A stretch of DNA of 64,000 bases from Nannocystis bainbridge. Lineage in GTDB: Bacteria; Myxococcota_A; Polyangia; Nannocystales; Nannocystaceae. The notes beneath the pieces are model-generated. The model searched no databases, was not told the origin of the DNA, and saw only the letters and a program-made list of their open reading frames with translations. Positions within the stretch are counted from its first letter, which is position 1. Each line of letters opens with the position of its first letter. A program made the translations under genes and the position numbers. Of this stretch, positions 1-9,765 are shown in pieces. The DNA lies in assembly GCF_028368995.1 (NCBI RefSeq), contig NZ_JAQNDL010000002.1, positions 481,724 to 545,723 of the forward strand, in the 5' to 3' direction.

Positions 1-562
1 CAAGGGGGCGCTCGATCCGTGCACCGGCGCCGTCCACCTGGTCGACTGGTACGAGAGCAACCTGATCCGCTTCGACCCGGTCACGGAGACGATGGCCAGC
101 AAGCCGCTCGGCGATTCGCTGTGGGACCTGCGCATCGACCCGTCCGGCTCGACCCTCTACGTGACCGACCGCGGGCTCGATGTCGTGCACGTGCTCGACG
201 TCGCCACGCTCGAGGTGCAGGGGACGGTGTCGGTCGGCAACGACCCGTGGGGCATCGACATCACGTCGGACGGGGCGCTGGTGGTGGTCGCGTGCGAGGA
301 CGACGCGACCGTGCACTTCATCGACACCGCCTCGTTGACGAGCACGAGCCTGGCGCTGCCGGCCGGCGCCGACCCGCGCGACGTCGAGATTAGCCTCGAT
401 GACGCGCGCGCGTACGTGCCGACCGGCGACATCCCCGGCAACGACGGGGTCTACGAGATCGACCTCGCCACGCAGACGGTGACGGGGCTGATCGACTTCG
501 GGATCAGCGCCAACACCAACGTGGTGGCCGTGAAGCCGCAGCCGGTCGCCTGCGAGCCCTGA
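1..562 (+). CDS. YVTN/beta-propeller repeat protein, C-terminal part (5' end lies outside the window; reading frame starts at nt 2)
   Basis: Open frame from the window edge with high GC3. Repeated motifs 'LYVTDRGLDVVHVLDVAT', 'GNDPWGIDITSDG', 'VYEIDLAT' are typical of YVTN-type propeller blades. Stop at 560-562. Confidence 0.55.
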   Translation, partial: KGALDPCTGAVHLVDWYESNLIRFDPVTETMASKPLGDSLWDLRIDPSGSTLYVTDRGLDVVHVLDVATLEVQGTVSVGNDPWGIDITSDGALVVVACEDDATVHFIDTASLTSTSLALPAGADPRDVEISLDDARAYVPTGDIPGNDGVYEIDLATQTVTGLIDFGISANTNVVAVKPQPVACEP

Positions 563-579
563 GGGCCGCGGCCGGGGGT

Positions 580-3330
580 ATGCTCCCGGCCGGGATGGCC
601 GCGCCGGACGATCGTCGAGGAGCCAGCGGGCGCGTGGATGCTCTGCCGGTCGCCGCCTCGTCGTTCGTCGGCCGCGCCGCCGATCTCGAGGCGATCGCCG
701 ATCGCTTCGAGGACGGGGCGCGGCTCGTGACGATCACCGGGCTCGGCGGGATGGGCAAGACCCGCCTGGCCCAGCGCTTCGCGAAGGCGCAGGCCAGCAG
801 CTACGCGGCGCCGGGAGCCGGCGGGGTGTGGTTCTGCGATCTCACGGGGGTCCGCGGCCGGGCGGGGTGCTGCTCGGCGGTCGCGTCGGCGCTCGGCCTG
901 CAAATCACAGCGGACGAGGCCGCGCTGGTCGAGCAACTCGGGGCCGCGCTGGCGCGGTGCGGGCGGATCCTGATCGTGCTCGACAACTTCGAGCAGCTCG
1001 CCGAGGTGGCCGCGGTGACGCTCGGCGCGTGGCTGCGGGCGGCCGCGCGGGCGCGGTTCGTCGTCACTTCGCGGGTGGCGCTCGGCGTCGATGGCGAGCA
1101 CCTGTGGCCGCTGCAACCACTCGAGTTGCCGCCGCCGGAGCTGCGCGAGCCGGCGGAGCTGGCTGCGGTGGAGTCGGTCGAGCTGTTCGTCCGCCGCGCG
1201 CGCCAGCTCCGCCCCGATCTGGTGCTGCGACCGGAGGATCTGTCGGCGATCGCCGAGGTGGTTCGGCGCCTCGAGGGGATCCCGCTGGCGATCGAGCTGG
1301 CGGCGGCGCGCGTGACGGTGCTGTCGGTGATCCAGCTGCGCGACCGCCTGGTCGATCGGCTGGCGCTGCTGGTGCGCCACGGCGAGAGCGGACGCCACGC
1401 TTCGATGCGCCGGGTCATCGCCGAGACCTGGGATCAGCTCGAGGCCGGCGAGCAGGACTGCCTCGCGGGGTGCACGATCTTCGCCGGCGGCTTCACGCTC
1501 GCGACCGCCGAGGCGGTGCTCGCCGAGGACGTGGGGCCGGTGCTGCCGCGGCTCGAGTCGCTGTGCCTGCGCTCGCTGGTGCGCGCGACGCCCCGGCTCG
1601 AGCTCGAGGGCGAGCTGCGGTTCTCGCTGTTCGAGACGATCCGCGAGTTCGCGGCGGCGCGCCTGTCGGCGATGCCCGAGCTGGCGGCGCGGCTCGCCGG
1701 ACGCCACGCGAGCGTGTACGCCGGGCTCGCGCGCACGCTCGCGGCGCCCGCGGTCGGTGGCGGGCCAGCGGCGGCGCGGCTCGACCTCGAGCTCGACAAC
1801 CTGGTCGCGGCGCACGCTCACGCGCTAGCGAGCAGCGATGCCGAGGCCGCCGAGCGGGCGCTCGTCCTGGCGTGCGCGGCTCACCGGCCGTCGATGCGCC
1901 GCGGCATGGTCGGGCACGCGCTGCGCTTGCTCGACGCGGCGATCGCCAGAGCCGGGGCCACGGCCGCGCCGGCGGACCTCGCCGCGGCCGTGCTCGCGCG
2001 AGGTCGGGCGCACCGCCTGCTCGGGGCCGGGCAGGAGGCGCGCGCGGACTTCGTGGAGGGGACCGCGCTGGCGCGCTCGGCCGTCGATCCGTCGCAGGAG
2101 GCGCTCGGGCGGATGCTGCTGGGCGAGCTGGTCGAGATCGACGGCGCCACCGCGGAGGCGCGCGAGCACTTCGCGGCCGCGCTGGCGTGCCTGGTCCGCG
2201 CGCCGGACGATCCGCTGGCGCCGCTGCGCGAGGCCGAGATCCGCACGCGCCTGGCCCACGCGTACCGGCGCGAGGGCCAGCTCGATCGCGCGGAGCAGGA
2301 GATCGATCGCGCGCTGGCGCTGCACCGCGCGGCCGAACACTGCGAGGAGCTGCCGCTGGTGCTCTACGAGGCGGGGGTGATCGCGTGGTTCCGCGGCCGT
2401 CACGAGGAGGCGCTGGCGCGCTACGACGAAGGGCTCGCGCGGGTCGAGGCGAGCGATCCACGGCACGCCCGCGGCGCGCTGTCGTACGTCCGCGCGATCC
2501 TGCTGCAGGAGCGGGGCGACCTCGACGCCGCGTTCGACCACTACGTCCGCGCGCTCGCGCTGATCCGCGTCAGCGGCAACCTCCACCTCGAGGCCAGCGC
2601 GCTCTATTACTTCGCGGGCGCGCACCTCGAGCGCGGCCAGCGTGACGACGCGGCGCGGTTGCTCGAGCGCGCGCTGAGGATGTTCCACGAGCTCGAGATC
2701 CCCCGCTACCAGGCGCTGACCGAGAGCTGTCGCGCGACGGTGTTCGCGCTCGCCGGCGAGGTCGAGGCGGCGCGTCGCTGTCTCACCGCCGCCGAGCGGG
2801 CCGCCGCGGCGTGTCGCTCCGAGGGCGCGCTGACGGCCACGGTGGCGATCCACGGGCTCCACGTGCGCATGACGACCGCCGCCCCGGCGGCCCGTGCGGG
2901 GCTGTTCGAGGAGGCGCGCGCGCTGGCCGAGGCGTACCCGAGCGACGACTCTCGCTTCGCGCTGCGGGTCGCGCTCGCCAGCGTGGCGCACGGCGAGCCG
3001 CCGGGAGCGCCGCTGATCGTGCGCGCCGGCGGCCAGGCGTTGCGCCTGCCGGGCGCCGCGGTGGACGTCGATCTGCGTCGCCGGGTGCCGCTGCAGCGGA
3101 TCGTCCTGGCGCTGGCTCGCAAGCGGATCGAGGCGCCCGGCGAGGCGCTCGCGCTCGAGGAGCTGCTGGCCGCCGGTTGGCCCGGCGAGCGCGTCGGCGA
3201 CAGCGCCGGGACCAATCGCGTGCACGTCGCGCTGTCGACCCTGCGCAACCTCGGGCTGCGCGCGGTCCTCGTCAGCAGCCGCGAGGGCTATGCGCTGACT
3301 TCGGCGAGCCCGTGCGTGCTCGAGCAGTGA
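580..3330 (+). CDS. STAND-type NTPase (NB-ARC/AAA) with TPR repeats and a C-terminal winged-helix (OmpR/BTAD-type) DNA-binding domain; probable transcriptional regulator
   Basis: Walker A 'ITGLGGMGKTRLA' and NB-ARC-like downstream motifs, then TPR-like helical repeats. C-terminus 'ALSTLRNLGLRAVLVSSREGYAL' resembles the trans_reg_C winged helix. Starts 18 nt after the upstream gene, so likely co-transcribed. Confidence 0.7.
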   Translation: MLPAGMAAPDDRRGASGRVDALPVAASSFVGRAADLEAIADRFEDGARLVTITGLGGMGKTRLAQRFAKAQASSYAAPGAGGVWFCDLTGVRGRAGCCSAVASALGLQITADEAALVEQLGAALARCGRILIVLDNFEQLAEVAAVTLGAWLRAAARARFVVTSRVALGVDGEHLWPLQPLELPPPELREPAELAAVESVELFVRRARQLRPDLVLRPEDLSAIAEVVRRLEGIPLAIELAAARVTVLSVIQLRDRLVDRLALLVRHGESGRHASMRRVIAETWDQLEAGEQDCLAGCTIFAGGFTLATAEAVLAEDVGPVLPRLESLCLRSLVRATPRLELEGELRFSLFETIREFAAARLSAMPELAARLAGRHASVYAGLARTLAAPAVGGGPAAARLDLELDNLVAAHAHALASSDAEAAERALVLACAAHRPSMRRGMVGHALRLLDAAIARAGATAAPADLAAAVLARGRAHRLLGAGQEARADFVEGTALARSAVDPSQEALGRMLLGELVEIDGATAEAREHFAAALACLVRAPDDPLAPLREAEIRTRLAHAYRREGQLDRAEQEIDRALALHRAAEHCEELPLVLYEAGVIAWFRGRHEEALARYDEGLARVEASDPRHARGALSYVRAILLQERGDLDAAFDHYVRALALIRVSGNLHLEASALYYFAGAHLERGQRDDAARLLERALRMFHELEIPRYQALTESCRATVFALAGEVEAARRCLTAAERAAAACRSEGALTATVAIHGLHVRMTTAAPAARAGLFEEARALAEAYPSDDSRFALRVALASVAHGEPPGAPLIVRAGGQALRLPGAAVDVDLRRRVPLQRIVLALARKRIEAPGEALALEELLAAGWPGERVGDSAGTNRVHVALSTLRNLGLRAVLVSSREGYALTSASPCVLEQ

Positions 3331-3497
3331 TTCGGACGCATCGAGATCGAGTGATGCGCGACCGGTCCTCTCTGCGGAATTTCGAGGCGACTGCCTTAAG
3401 CGGAGCCGCGAACATTTAAGAGCTCGCGGCGATTGTTTAAGCGCTACGGGCGAGGCGCGCCGCGGCCCGGCTCATGGCGATCGGATAGGCTCGCCGG

Positions 3498-4970
3498 ATG
3501 TTTCGTGACGAATTGATTGCGTTCTCCTGCGTGCTCGCGCTGGCCGCGTGCGGCCCGATCGCAGGCGACTCCACCGGGAGCAGCAGCACCGATGCCAGCG
3601 CTGGCTCGACCACGACCGGCGAGCCGACCTCGACCGGCGTGCAGCCGACCACCGGCGAGGCGACGAGCACGACCGGCGAGCCCACCACGCTGACGAGCAC
3701 GACCGAGGCGAGCACGACCACGGGTGAGCCCGGCCTGTGCGACGTCGTCCAGGGCGATCACGCCGCCGCCTGCCGCGAGCCGGATTGTGCCATCACGGTC
3801 GACCTCGAGATCCGCTGTCAGGACGGCGGGCTCGGGGTGCCCGGGATGGGCGTCGCCGCGGCCCCCGACGCGACCTGGCTGGTGACCGCGAGCTGGAACG
3901 AGGCGCTGCTGTTCCGCGCCGACGCCGACGGCGCCGAATCGATCGGCGGCGTGATCGATGCTTACCCGGGCAAGCAATTCCAGATGACCCTGGGCCCCGA
4001 CGGGGCGCCGCACATCGTCGTCGATGCCACGGCGATCCCGAACTACACGGACGGGCTGCGCCACCTCGGGCTGGTCGGAGGGTCCTGGACCGACACGCTC
4101 GTCACCGACGGCGAGCAGTACGTGCCGGCCTTCGACGTCAAGGTCGACAGCGCGGGCCGCCCGCACGTGTTCTTCGACGGGCCGAAGAACGCCGACTACG
4201 CCGCGGCCGTGCGCGAGGGCGAGACGTGGACGACCCATGACATCGCCTCGGCGGGGTCGTGGGCGCGCTTCGTGCTCGGGCCCGACGACCAGGAGATCGC
4301 GCTCGGCGTCGCCGACGATCATCTGCATGCGCTCGTCGACGGCGAGGCGGTGCCGCTCGGATCGAGCTTGCCGCTGACCGTGCGCTACCAGGCCGCCTCT
4401 GCCCCCGTCGGTCCGACGATCGCGGCGGCGCTGCAGCTCGGCGACGCGCTCGAGGTGGCGTGGGGACCGAACGGCGGCGCGGCGGGGATCGCCGGCACGG
4501 CGCCGGTCGGCAACCCCTGTGGATCGATCGACGCCGACGGGCCGGACGCCACGTGCCCGGGCCCGTGTCAGGACGATAGTGTCGGCATGCAGCCCGAGGC
4601 GTTCTCGTTCGCGCGCACCGCCGACGGCGTCGGCTGGCTCGCGTGGGTGGTGACGCATCGCGATGTCGCGTCCCACTACGAGCTGGGGCAGATCGAAGGC
4701 GATTATTTCTGCGTGGGCCAGGTGGACAGCGATGCGACCACCGGGGTGCTGCACCTCGCCCGCGTGCCGCTCGGCGCCGGCGCGCCGACCGAGGTCCTGG
4801 TCCTGCCGGTCGCCGACGTCGTCCCCTCGGGACCGCCTCAGGGCGGCCCTCGCCTCAGCGCGGTGACGCTCGAAGCTTTTGATCGTGACCTCGCGCTGGC
4901 GCTGCGCCTGCGCGACGACGTGGACTCGTACATCCGCGTGATCCGCCTGGACACGCTGGCGCTGCCGTAG
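3498..4970 (+). CDS. Hypothetical secreted lipoprotein with a Thr/Ser/Gly/Glu-rich linker
   Basis: Signal/lipobox 'VLALAACG', then a low-complexity 'STTTGEPTSTG' linker, then a globular domain with coding-like GC3. The antisense 532-aa ORF is Arg-rich nonsense. Confidence 0.6.
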   Translation: MFRDELIAFSCVLALAACGPIAGDSTGSSSTDASAGSTTTGEPTSTGVQPTTGEATSTTGEPTTLTSTTEASTTTGEPGLCDVVQGDHAAACREPDCAITVDLEIRCQDGGLGVPGMGVAAAPDATWLVTASWNEALLFRADADGAESIGGVIDAYPGKQFQMTLGPDGAPHIVVDATAIPNYTDGLRHLGLVGGSWTDTLVTDGEQYVPAFDVKVDSAGRPHVFFDGPKNADYAAAVREGETWTTHDIASAGSWARFVLGPDDQEIALGVADDHLHALVDGEAVPLGSSLPLTVRYQAASAPVGPTIAAALQLGDALEVAWGPNGGAAGIAGTAPVGNPCGSIDADGPDATCPGPCQDDSVGMQPEAFSFARTADGVGWLAWVVTHRDVASHYELGQIEGDYFCVGQVDSDATTGVLHLARVPLGAGAPTEVLVLPVADVVPSGPPQGGPRLSAVTLEAFDRDLALALRLRDDVDSYIRVIRLDTLALP

Positions 4971-5129
4971 CCGGCGAGCGTGAGGCTCCCGCTCGCGGAG
5001 GCCGCATGCAAAGGGCGAGATGCGGAGGCTCGCAATATCCATCGATGGACGGCGCTGGAGGAGCGCCGCGAGCCTTCGCGTCCGCGCGACGGCTCGCCGT
5101 GATGACGCGCCTATCTTGCGACGCTGCGG

Positions 5130-5420
5130 TCAGTCGTGGACGCAGCCGTGGCGGCCGTCGAAGCGGGCGTCGGCGGCCCAGAAGCCGAGGGCGACCGCGT
5201 GCACGCGCTTGTTCTCGCGGTCGATCGTGGCTCTGGCGACGTTCGGCGAGACGCGGGTCCAGGCGGCGCACTCTTGCTCGCTCAGCTCCATCACGAACAG
5301 GCAGGAGCACATCTCCTTGGCCTTCTGGCGCACGGCGAGCTCGGCGTCGTTGTTGTCGTAGGCCTCGGCGTTGCAGGCGGCGAGGGCGAGGGTGCTGGCG
5401 AGCAGGGCGCGGCGGATCAT
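5130..5420 (-). CDS. Small lipoprotein (about 96 aa), translationally coupled to the upstream hydrolase gene
   Basis: 'MIRRALLASTLALAACNA' lipoprotein signal. Its ATG overlaps the stop of the upstream gene (ATGA). Confidence 0.5.
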   Translation of the reverse strand: MIRRALLASTLALAACNAEAYDNNDAELAVRQKAKEMCSCLFVMELSEQECAAWTRVSPNVARATIDRENKRVHAVALGFWAADARFDGRHGCVHD

Positions 5421-6565
5421 GGCGAGTCCTCGGCGGCGAGGGCGAGGGCGAGCTCGAGGTAGCGGTTCTGGTCGAAGCCCGCCTCGCGGTCGTCGGCGGT
5501 GCGCACGAGGACGAGGTCGGCGGAGGGGATGACGAAGATCGTCTGACCCCAGTGACCGAGCCCGGCGAAGGTGTCGGGCGGCGCGGCCGGCCAGCGGCGC
5601 TCGTGCGCGAGGTCGGGGACCGGCAGGTTGAGCCACCAGTGGCGCCCGGGCACGGCGTCGCCGTCGCGCAGGAAATGATCATAGGACTCGCCGACCTGAA
5701 ACGAGGGGTTCGGCTGGGTGCTGGCGGCGATCCAGCCCTCGGGCAGCAGCTGCTCACCGGCCCAGCAGCCCTCGCGCAGGGCCAGATAGCCGAAGCGGGC
5801 CAGGTCGCGCGGGGTCGCGTAGACGTAGGACGAGCCGACGTAGGTGCCGGCCAGGTCGCGCTCGAACATCGCGCTGGTCATGCCGATCGGGTCGAACACG
5901 AACTCCCACGGATAATCGCCGGCGAGGCCGGGGCCGAGGGCGCTGGCGAGCACGGCGGACAGCAGCACGGAGTCGCCGGAGCTGTAGCGATAGACGGTGC
6001 CGGGCGTCTCGGCGAGGCCCTGCGAAGCCACGAAGGCGGCCATGTCGCCGGAGCCGATGCCGTAAAGCATGGCGATCACCGACGACAAATAATAAGGGTC
6101 GTCCTCGTAGCCCTCGTTCCAGTCGATCCCGGAGCCCCAGTCGAGCAGGTCGCCGACAGTGACGTCGCACAGCTCCGGGCCCGGGTCGTAATGATCGCAG
6201 ATCGAGTCGTCGACGGTGAGCGCGCCGCGGCCGACGCCGACGCCGACCATCGCGTTGAGGAAGCTCTTGGACACCGACCAGGCGAGGTGGCGGTTGTGCC
6301 GGGCGTAGCCGCGAGCGTAGCGCTCGTAGACGATGCGGCCGCGGTGGACGATGACGACGCCGTCGGTGCGGATGCCCTTGCGATCTTCGTCGCGGCCGGT
6401 GAGCGTGAAGAGGTAGTCGTCGGCGGCGTCGGCCGTGGGACCGCGGACGAGCGCCTCGGGCCAGTCGGCCGCGGGCCAGGTGACGCCGGTGGGACAGGCC
6501 GCGGCGGCCTCGCGGGCGACGAGCAGCGACGCGACGGTGCAACAGGAAAGGACCAGCCGCTGCAT
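5417..6565 (-). CDS. Beta-lactamase-family serine hydrolase / penicillin-binding-protein-like esterase
   Basis: SxxK motif 'SVSKS' and beta-lactamase-fold-like sequence. Paralogue of the 23677..25107 gene ('SMAKS'). Confidence 0.7.
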   Translation of the reverse strand: MQRLVLSCCTVASLLVAREAAAACPTGVTWPAADWPEALVRGPTADAADDYLFTLTGRDEDRKGIRTDGVVIVHRGRIVYERYARGYARHNRHLAWSVSKSFLNAMVGVGVGRGALTVDDSICDHYDPGPELCDVTVGDLLDWGSGIDWNEGYEDDPYYLSSVIAMLYGIGSGDMAAFVASQGLAETPGTVYRYSSGDSVLLSAVLASALGPGLAGDYPWEFVFDPIGMTSAMFERDLAGTYVGSSYVYATPRDLARFGYLALREGCWAGEQLLPEGWIAASTQPNPSFQVGESYDHFLRDGDAVPGRHWWLNLPVPDLAHERRWPAAPPDTFAGLGHWGQTIFVIPSADLVLVRTADDREAGFDQNRYLELALALAAEDSP

Positions 6566-7216
6566 CAGAACTTGAACTCCAGGACCGGGACGATCATCTC
6601 GTTCGCGGCGGTCGGGGTCGGGTTGCGCGGCCGCCGGGTCAGCTCGGCGGTGATCGTCGCCAGGCCGCTGTTGAGGAACGCCTCGCCGAGCACGATCGCG
6701 GTGGCGTGGCCGAGGTTGCGGAAGTCGGCGCCGCCGACGACCGCGCCGATGAAGATGCCGAGGTGCGAGATCTGGTTGACGAGGAAGCCGGGCCAGAAGC
6801 GATCGCGGCCCGGCGCGATGGTCCGCCCGACCGCCCACTGCACGGTGTAGTTGAGGATCGGCGGCAAGAAGGCGCCGAGCATCAGGGCGCCGATCGCCGG
6901 GCCGAGGCCGTGGCCGGTCTCGCCGACGCGGGTGGCGACGAAGTAGGTCGCCGGCTGGATGATGATGGTGCTGAACACGCCGGCGCTGAAGTGCGAGAAC
7001 ACGAAGTTGCCGTCGGTCGGGCCGCGCTCGCGGCGACGGCGTTCGCGGCGGGTGGTCGCGGGCGCCGGGGCCGGCTCGCTGGCGGCGGCTTCGGGGGTGG
7101 CGACGGCGGCGGTGGAGGTCGGCGGCGTCGCGGTCGGGCCCGGCTCGCGCAGTTCGCCGGCGCACGCGACGAGCGCGAGGCAGCCGGCGAGGAGGGTGGG
7201 ACGGTGCCCCTGCATG
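6566..7216 (-). CDS. Outer-membrane beta-barrel protein (OmpW/porin-like), lipoprotein-type signal
   Basis: 'MQGHRPTLLAGCLALVACAG' signal, alternating amphipathic strands and C-terminal '...VPVLEFKF' aromatic terminus typical of outer-membrane barrels. Stop directly abuts the ATG of the downstream hydrolase. Confidence 0.55.
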
Positions 7217-7485
7217 CGGCCGAGGATACCGCAGGCGGCGGCGGGCCAGAAGGACCGCGGGAGCCCGTGCGAGGCCGGCCCGCGAAGGGCGTCAGGGACT
7301 TCGGGAGCGCGCGGTCGGCGGGTCACGAGGTCTGCGCCGGCCCAGGGCCACCGCGAGCGCGGGCGAGAAAAAAAATCGAGGGCCCACGAACCACCCCGCG
7401 GAGTCCCATCACTAAGCCTCGGACGGTGATGGCCGCGTGTCTGCTCGACTCGGGCCCCGTCACACGCCCCTTGGAGGAGTCCGCC

Positions 7486-9402
7486 ATGAGTCCGCGCATT
7501 GTCACTGCCCGAAGTGTTTCTTTCGCCATCCTCTTCGTAATGATGGGACCCACAGTGGTCCAGGCCGAGCCGCTGGTGTGGCCGACCCGCGGGGAGGCGC
7601 TTCCCCCCGACACCTATATCACCACGTCCGGCCACGCCTTCACGACCAACGCGATCGACTTCTCGGCGCTGCGCTGGGACGCGAGCGCCGGTCAGTATTC
7701 GATCTGGAGGGCCGACGCGACCTCGCCGCTGACCGTCGACGATCACGCGGCGTTCGGCACCGCGCTGTTCGCCCCGGAGGACGGCTTCGTGGTCGCGTGC
7801 TTCCACAATCACCCGGACAGCCAGGATCCGACCGTCAATCAGTGCCCCGGCGGGAACTGTCCGGCGGGCCTCAACGAGGGCGGCAACTTCATCATGATCG
7901 TCGGGGCCGACGGCGATCACGCCGTCACCCTCGCGCACCTGCAAGAGGACTCGATCCCGCCCGGACTGTGCCCCAACGCCTCGACGCCGCCGGTCGCCAA
8001 CGCGGGCTCTTGCAGCATCTCGGGCATGGACGCGATCCGCGACGAGTTCCGCCTCGACATCCAGAACCCCGGCCAGCCGTATCCGCTGGTGTTCAAGGGC
8101 GATCTCGTGGGCAGGCTGGGCCACAACGGCAACTCGACCGGGCCGCACACCCACGTGCACTGGAAGCCGTTCGCGTTCGACGGCTCCGACAATCCTTGTG
8201 AGGGCGATTCGGAGCCGATCGAGTGGTTCGAGGGCTACCGGCAGAGCCGCACGCCGGGCGTGGCGCCGACTTCCACCTGGACGCAGATGGACGGCCACGA
8301 GGTCGTCGACGGGGTCAGCCTGCTCGTCTGGCCGGACCCGGTCGGCTGGGCCTTCAGCCCGCTCGCGTACGGCCACGACGCCTCGAACCTGCACCTGTAC
8401 TCGTATGGGGCCGGCGGCGTCGGGGCCTACCAGGACGCCACGGGCAACCTCGACATCCGCACGTGGACGGTGTCGACCGCCGGCGTGGTGACCGACCAGG
8501 ACCTGCGCGAAGAGGGCGCCGTCCTGGACGTCGCGCTCGCCGGGCCGATGAGCTCGCGCGACGTGATCGCGGTGATCCGCGGCTCCAACGGCGACCTGAA
8601 GCTCATCCCGTACGACGTCGACAGCAGCGGCAACATCACGCGCCTGACCGGCCAGGAAGAGGACGGCGGCGCGGTCAGCCAGGTCGCGGCGGTGAAGTCG
8701 CCGACGCACATGGGCGTGGTGGTGGCGGTCCGGGACGGCAGCGGCAACCTCGAGGTGATCGACTACACCTCCGACATCTCGCTGAACCTCACCAAGGAGG
8801 TCGACGAGGGCAGCGGCGGGGCGATCCGCGACATGGCGATCACGAGCGTCCAGGTCGAGTTCCAGGGCGTGGTGACGGCGGAGCTCAAGCAGTCGAACGG
8901 CGAGCTGATCGTGCGCAGCTTCGACGTGCCGACCGGCGGCGGGGTGTTCGCGGCCGACGACTTCGCGTCCGGCGTGCTGGCGACCGCGGTCGACATCGAC
9001 ACGGTCCCGGTCGGCCTCGGCGAACAAGTCGTGACCAGCGTGCAGCTCGCCAGCGGGGTGCTGCGCCTCGATACGTGGGAGGTCGATGTCGCCGGCACGA
9101 TCGTGCACAACGAGACGATCTCGACCGACGGCACCGTCAGCGCGCACTCGGGCACCCACGGGGGCAATGGCGATTTCCTGACGGCCGTCGTCGACTCCAC
9201 CGACCACGCGCGCCTGATCAGCTGGCAGGTCGCGAGCGACGGCCAGCTCCGCCGCAGCGGCACCCGCCTCGGCCGCGAGACGACGGCGCTCGCCGTCATG
9301 CGGGCGAACGATTCGGTCGGGCACGTCACGCTCCTCTACACCGATGAGAATGACGCGCTGAACCTGCGGGTCTACGATCGCAACTACGATTCGAACCTGT
9401 GA
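7486..9402 (+). CDS. Secreted M23 (LytM-type) metallopeptidase fused to about 7 beta-propeller-like repeats
   Basis: RBS GGAGGAG 7 nt upstream. Signal peptide present. M23 signature 'LVGRLGHNGNSTGPHTHVHW'. C-terminal repeats 'DLKLIPYDVDSSGNITRL', 'NLEVIDYTSDISLNL', 'ELIVRSFDVPTGGG', 'VLRLDTWEVDVAGTIV', 'ALNLRVYDRNYDSNL'. Confidence 0.7.
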   Translation: MSPRIVTARSVSFAILFVMMGPTVVQAEPLVWPTRGEALPPDTYITTSGHAFTTNAIDFSALRWDASAGQYSIWRADATSPLTVDDHAAFGTALFAPEDGFVVACFHNHPDSQDPTVNQCPGGNCPAGLNEGGNFIMIVGADGDHAVTLAHLQEDSIPPGLCPNASTPPVANAGSCSISGMDAIRDEFRLDIQNPGQPYPLVFKGDLVGRLGHNGNSTGPHTHVHWKPFAFDGSDNPCEGDSEPIEWFEGYRQSRTPGVAPTSTWTQMDGHEVVDGVSLLVWPDPVGWAFSPLAYGHDASNLHLYSYGAGGVGAYQDATGNLDIRTWTVSTAGVVTDQDLREEGAVLDVALAGPMSSRDVIAVIRGSNGDLKLIPYDVDSSGNITRLTGQEEDGGAVSQVAAVKSPTHMGVVVAVRDGSGNLEVIDYTSDISLNLTKEVDEGSGGAIRDMAITSVQVEFQGVVTAELKQSNGELIVRSFDVPTGGGVFAADDFASGVLATAVDIDTVPVGLGEQVVTSVQLASGVLRLDTWEVDVAGTIVHNETISTDGTVSAHSGTHGGNGDFLTAVVDSTDHARLISWQVASDGQLRRSGTRLGRETTALAVMRANDSVGHVTLLYTDENDALNLRVYDRNYDSNL

Positions 9403-9765
9403 GGGCGCGCGGCGAGCGGCGAGGTCGTGACCGTCGCCGCTCGGTCCGCGAGTTTCACGAGCGGGCGGACGCATACCGGCTGCCTCGATGCGCGGCGCCG
9501 CGAATGGCGTGTCATGACCGCGAGTCATCCGAGCGGTTCCGCGAGGGAGCAGGTGCCTCCGCAGTTCACGGGTGGATACCCTCGTGGGGCCTGGTGTCCT
9601 CGATTGTCCTGCGCGATTCGTGGGAGGGCGCCGGCGAATGAGCCGTGTCGATTGTCGGCGATACGATGATTCGCGGTGTCGTGATTTTATCGGTGACAGC
9701 GATATCGATATCGACAGTCGCACCCGTATGCGCTGCCGACATATCGTGCGTGGCGAAGGATGGGA

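Noticed and set aside
6565-9723. Very long antisense ORFs rich in Arg/Ala/Gly/Pro (e.g. 6565..9723 -, 451..1821 -, 3444..5042 -, 25353..27149 -, 26989..29298 -, 49253..52333 -, 828..2645 +)
   Set aside because: These are the usual stop-codon-poor shadow frames of a 70% GC genome. They have low-complexity RRRP/GAGR composition and no domain motifs, and they overlap better-supported genes on the other strand or frame.
9399-9765. Short ORFs and AT-richer direct repeats (gacagcgatatcgatatcgacag) in the convergent gap between the M23 peptidase and kinase genes
   Set aside because: The ORFs (80 aa) lack coding GC3 bias. The region is most simply a shared 3' terminator region, and I could not define a convincing hairpin or motif.
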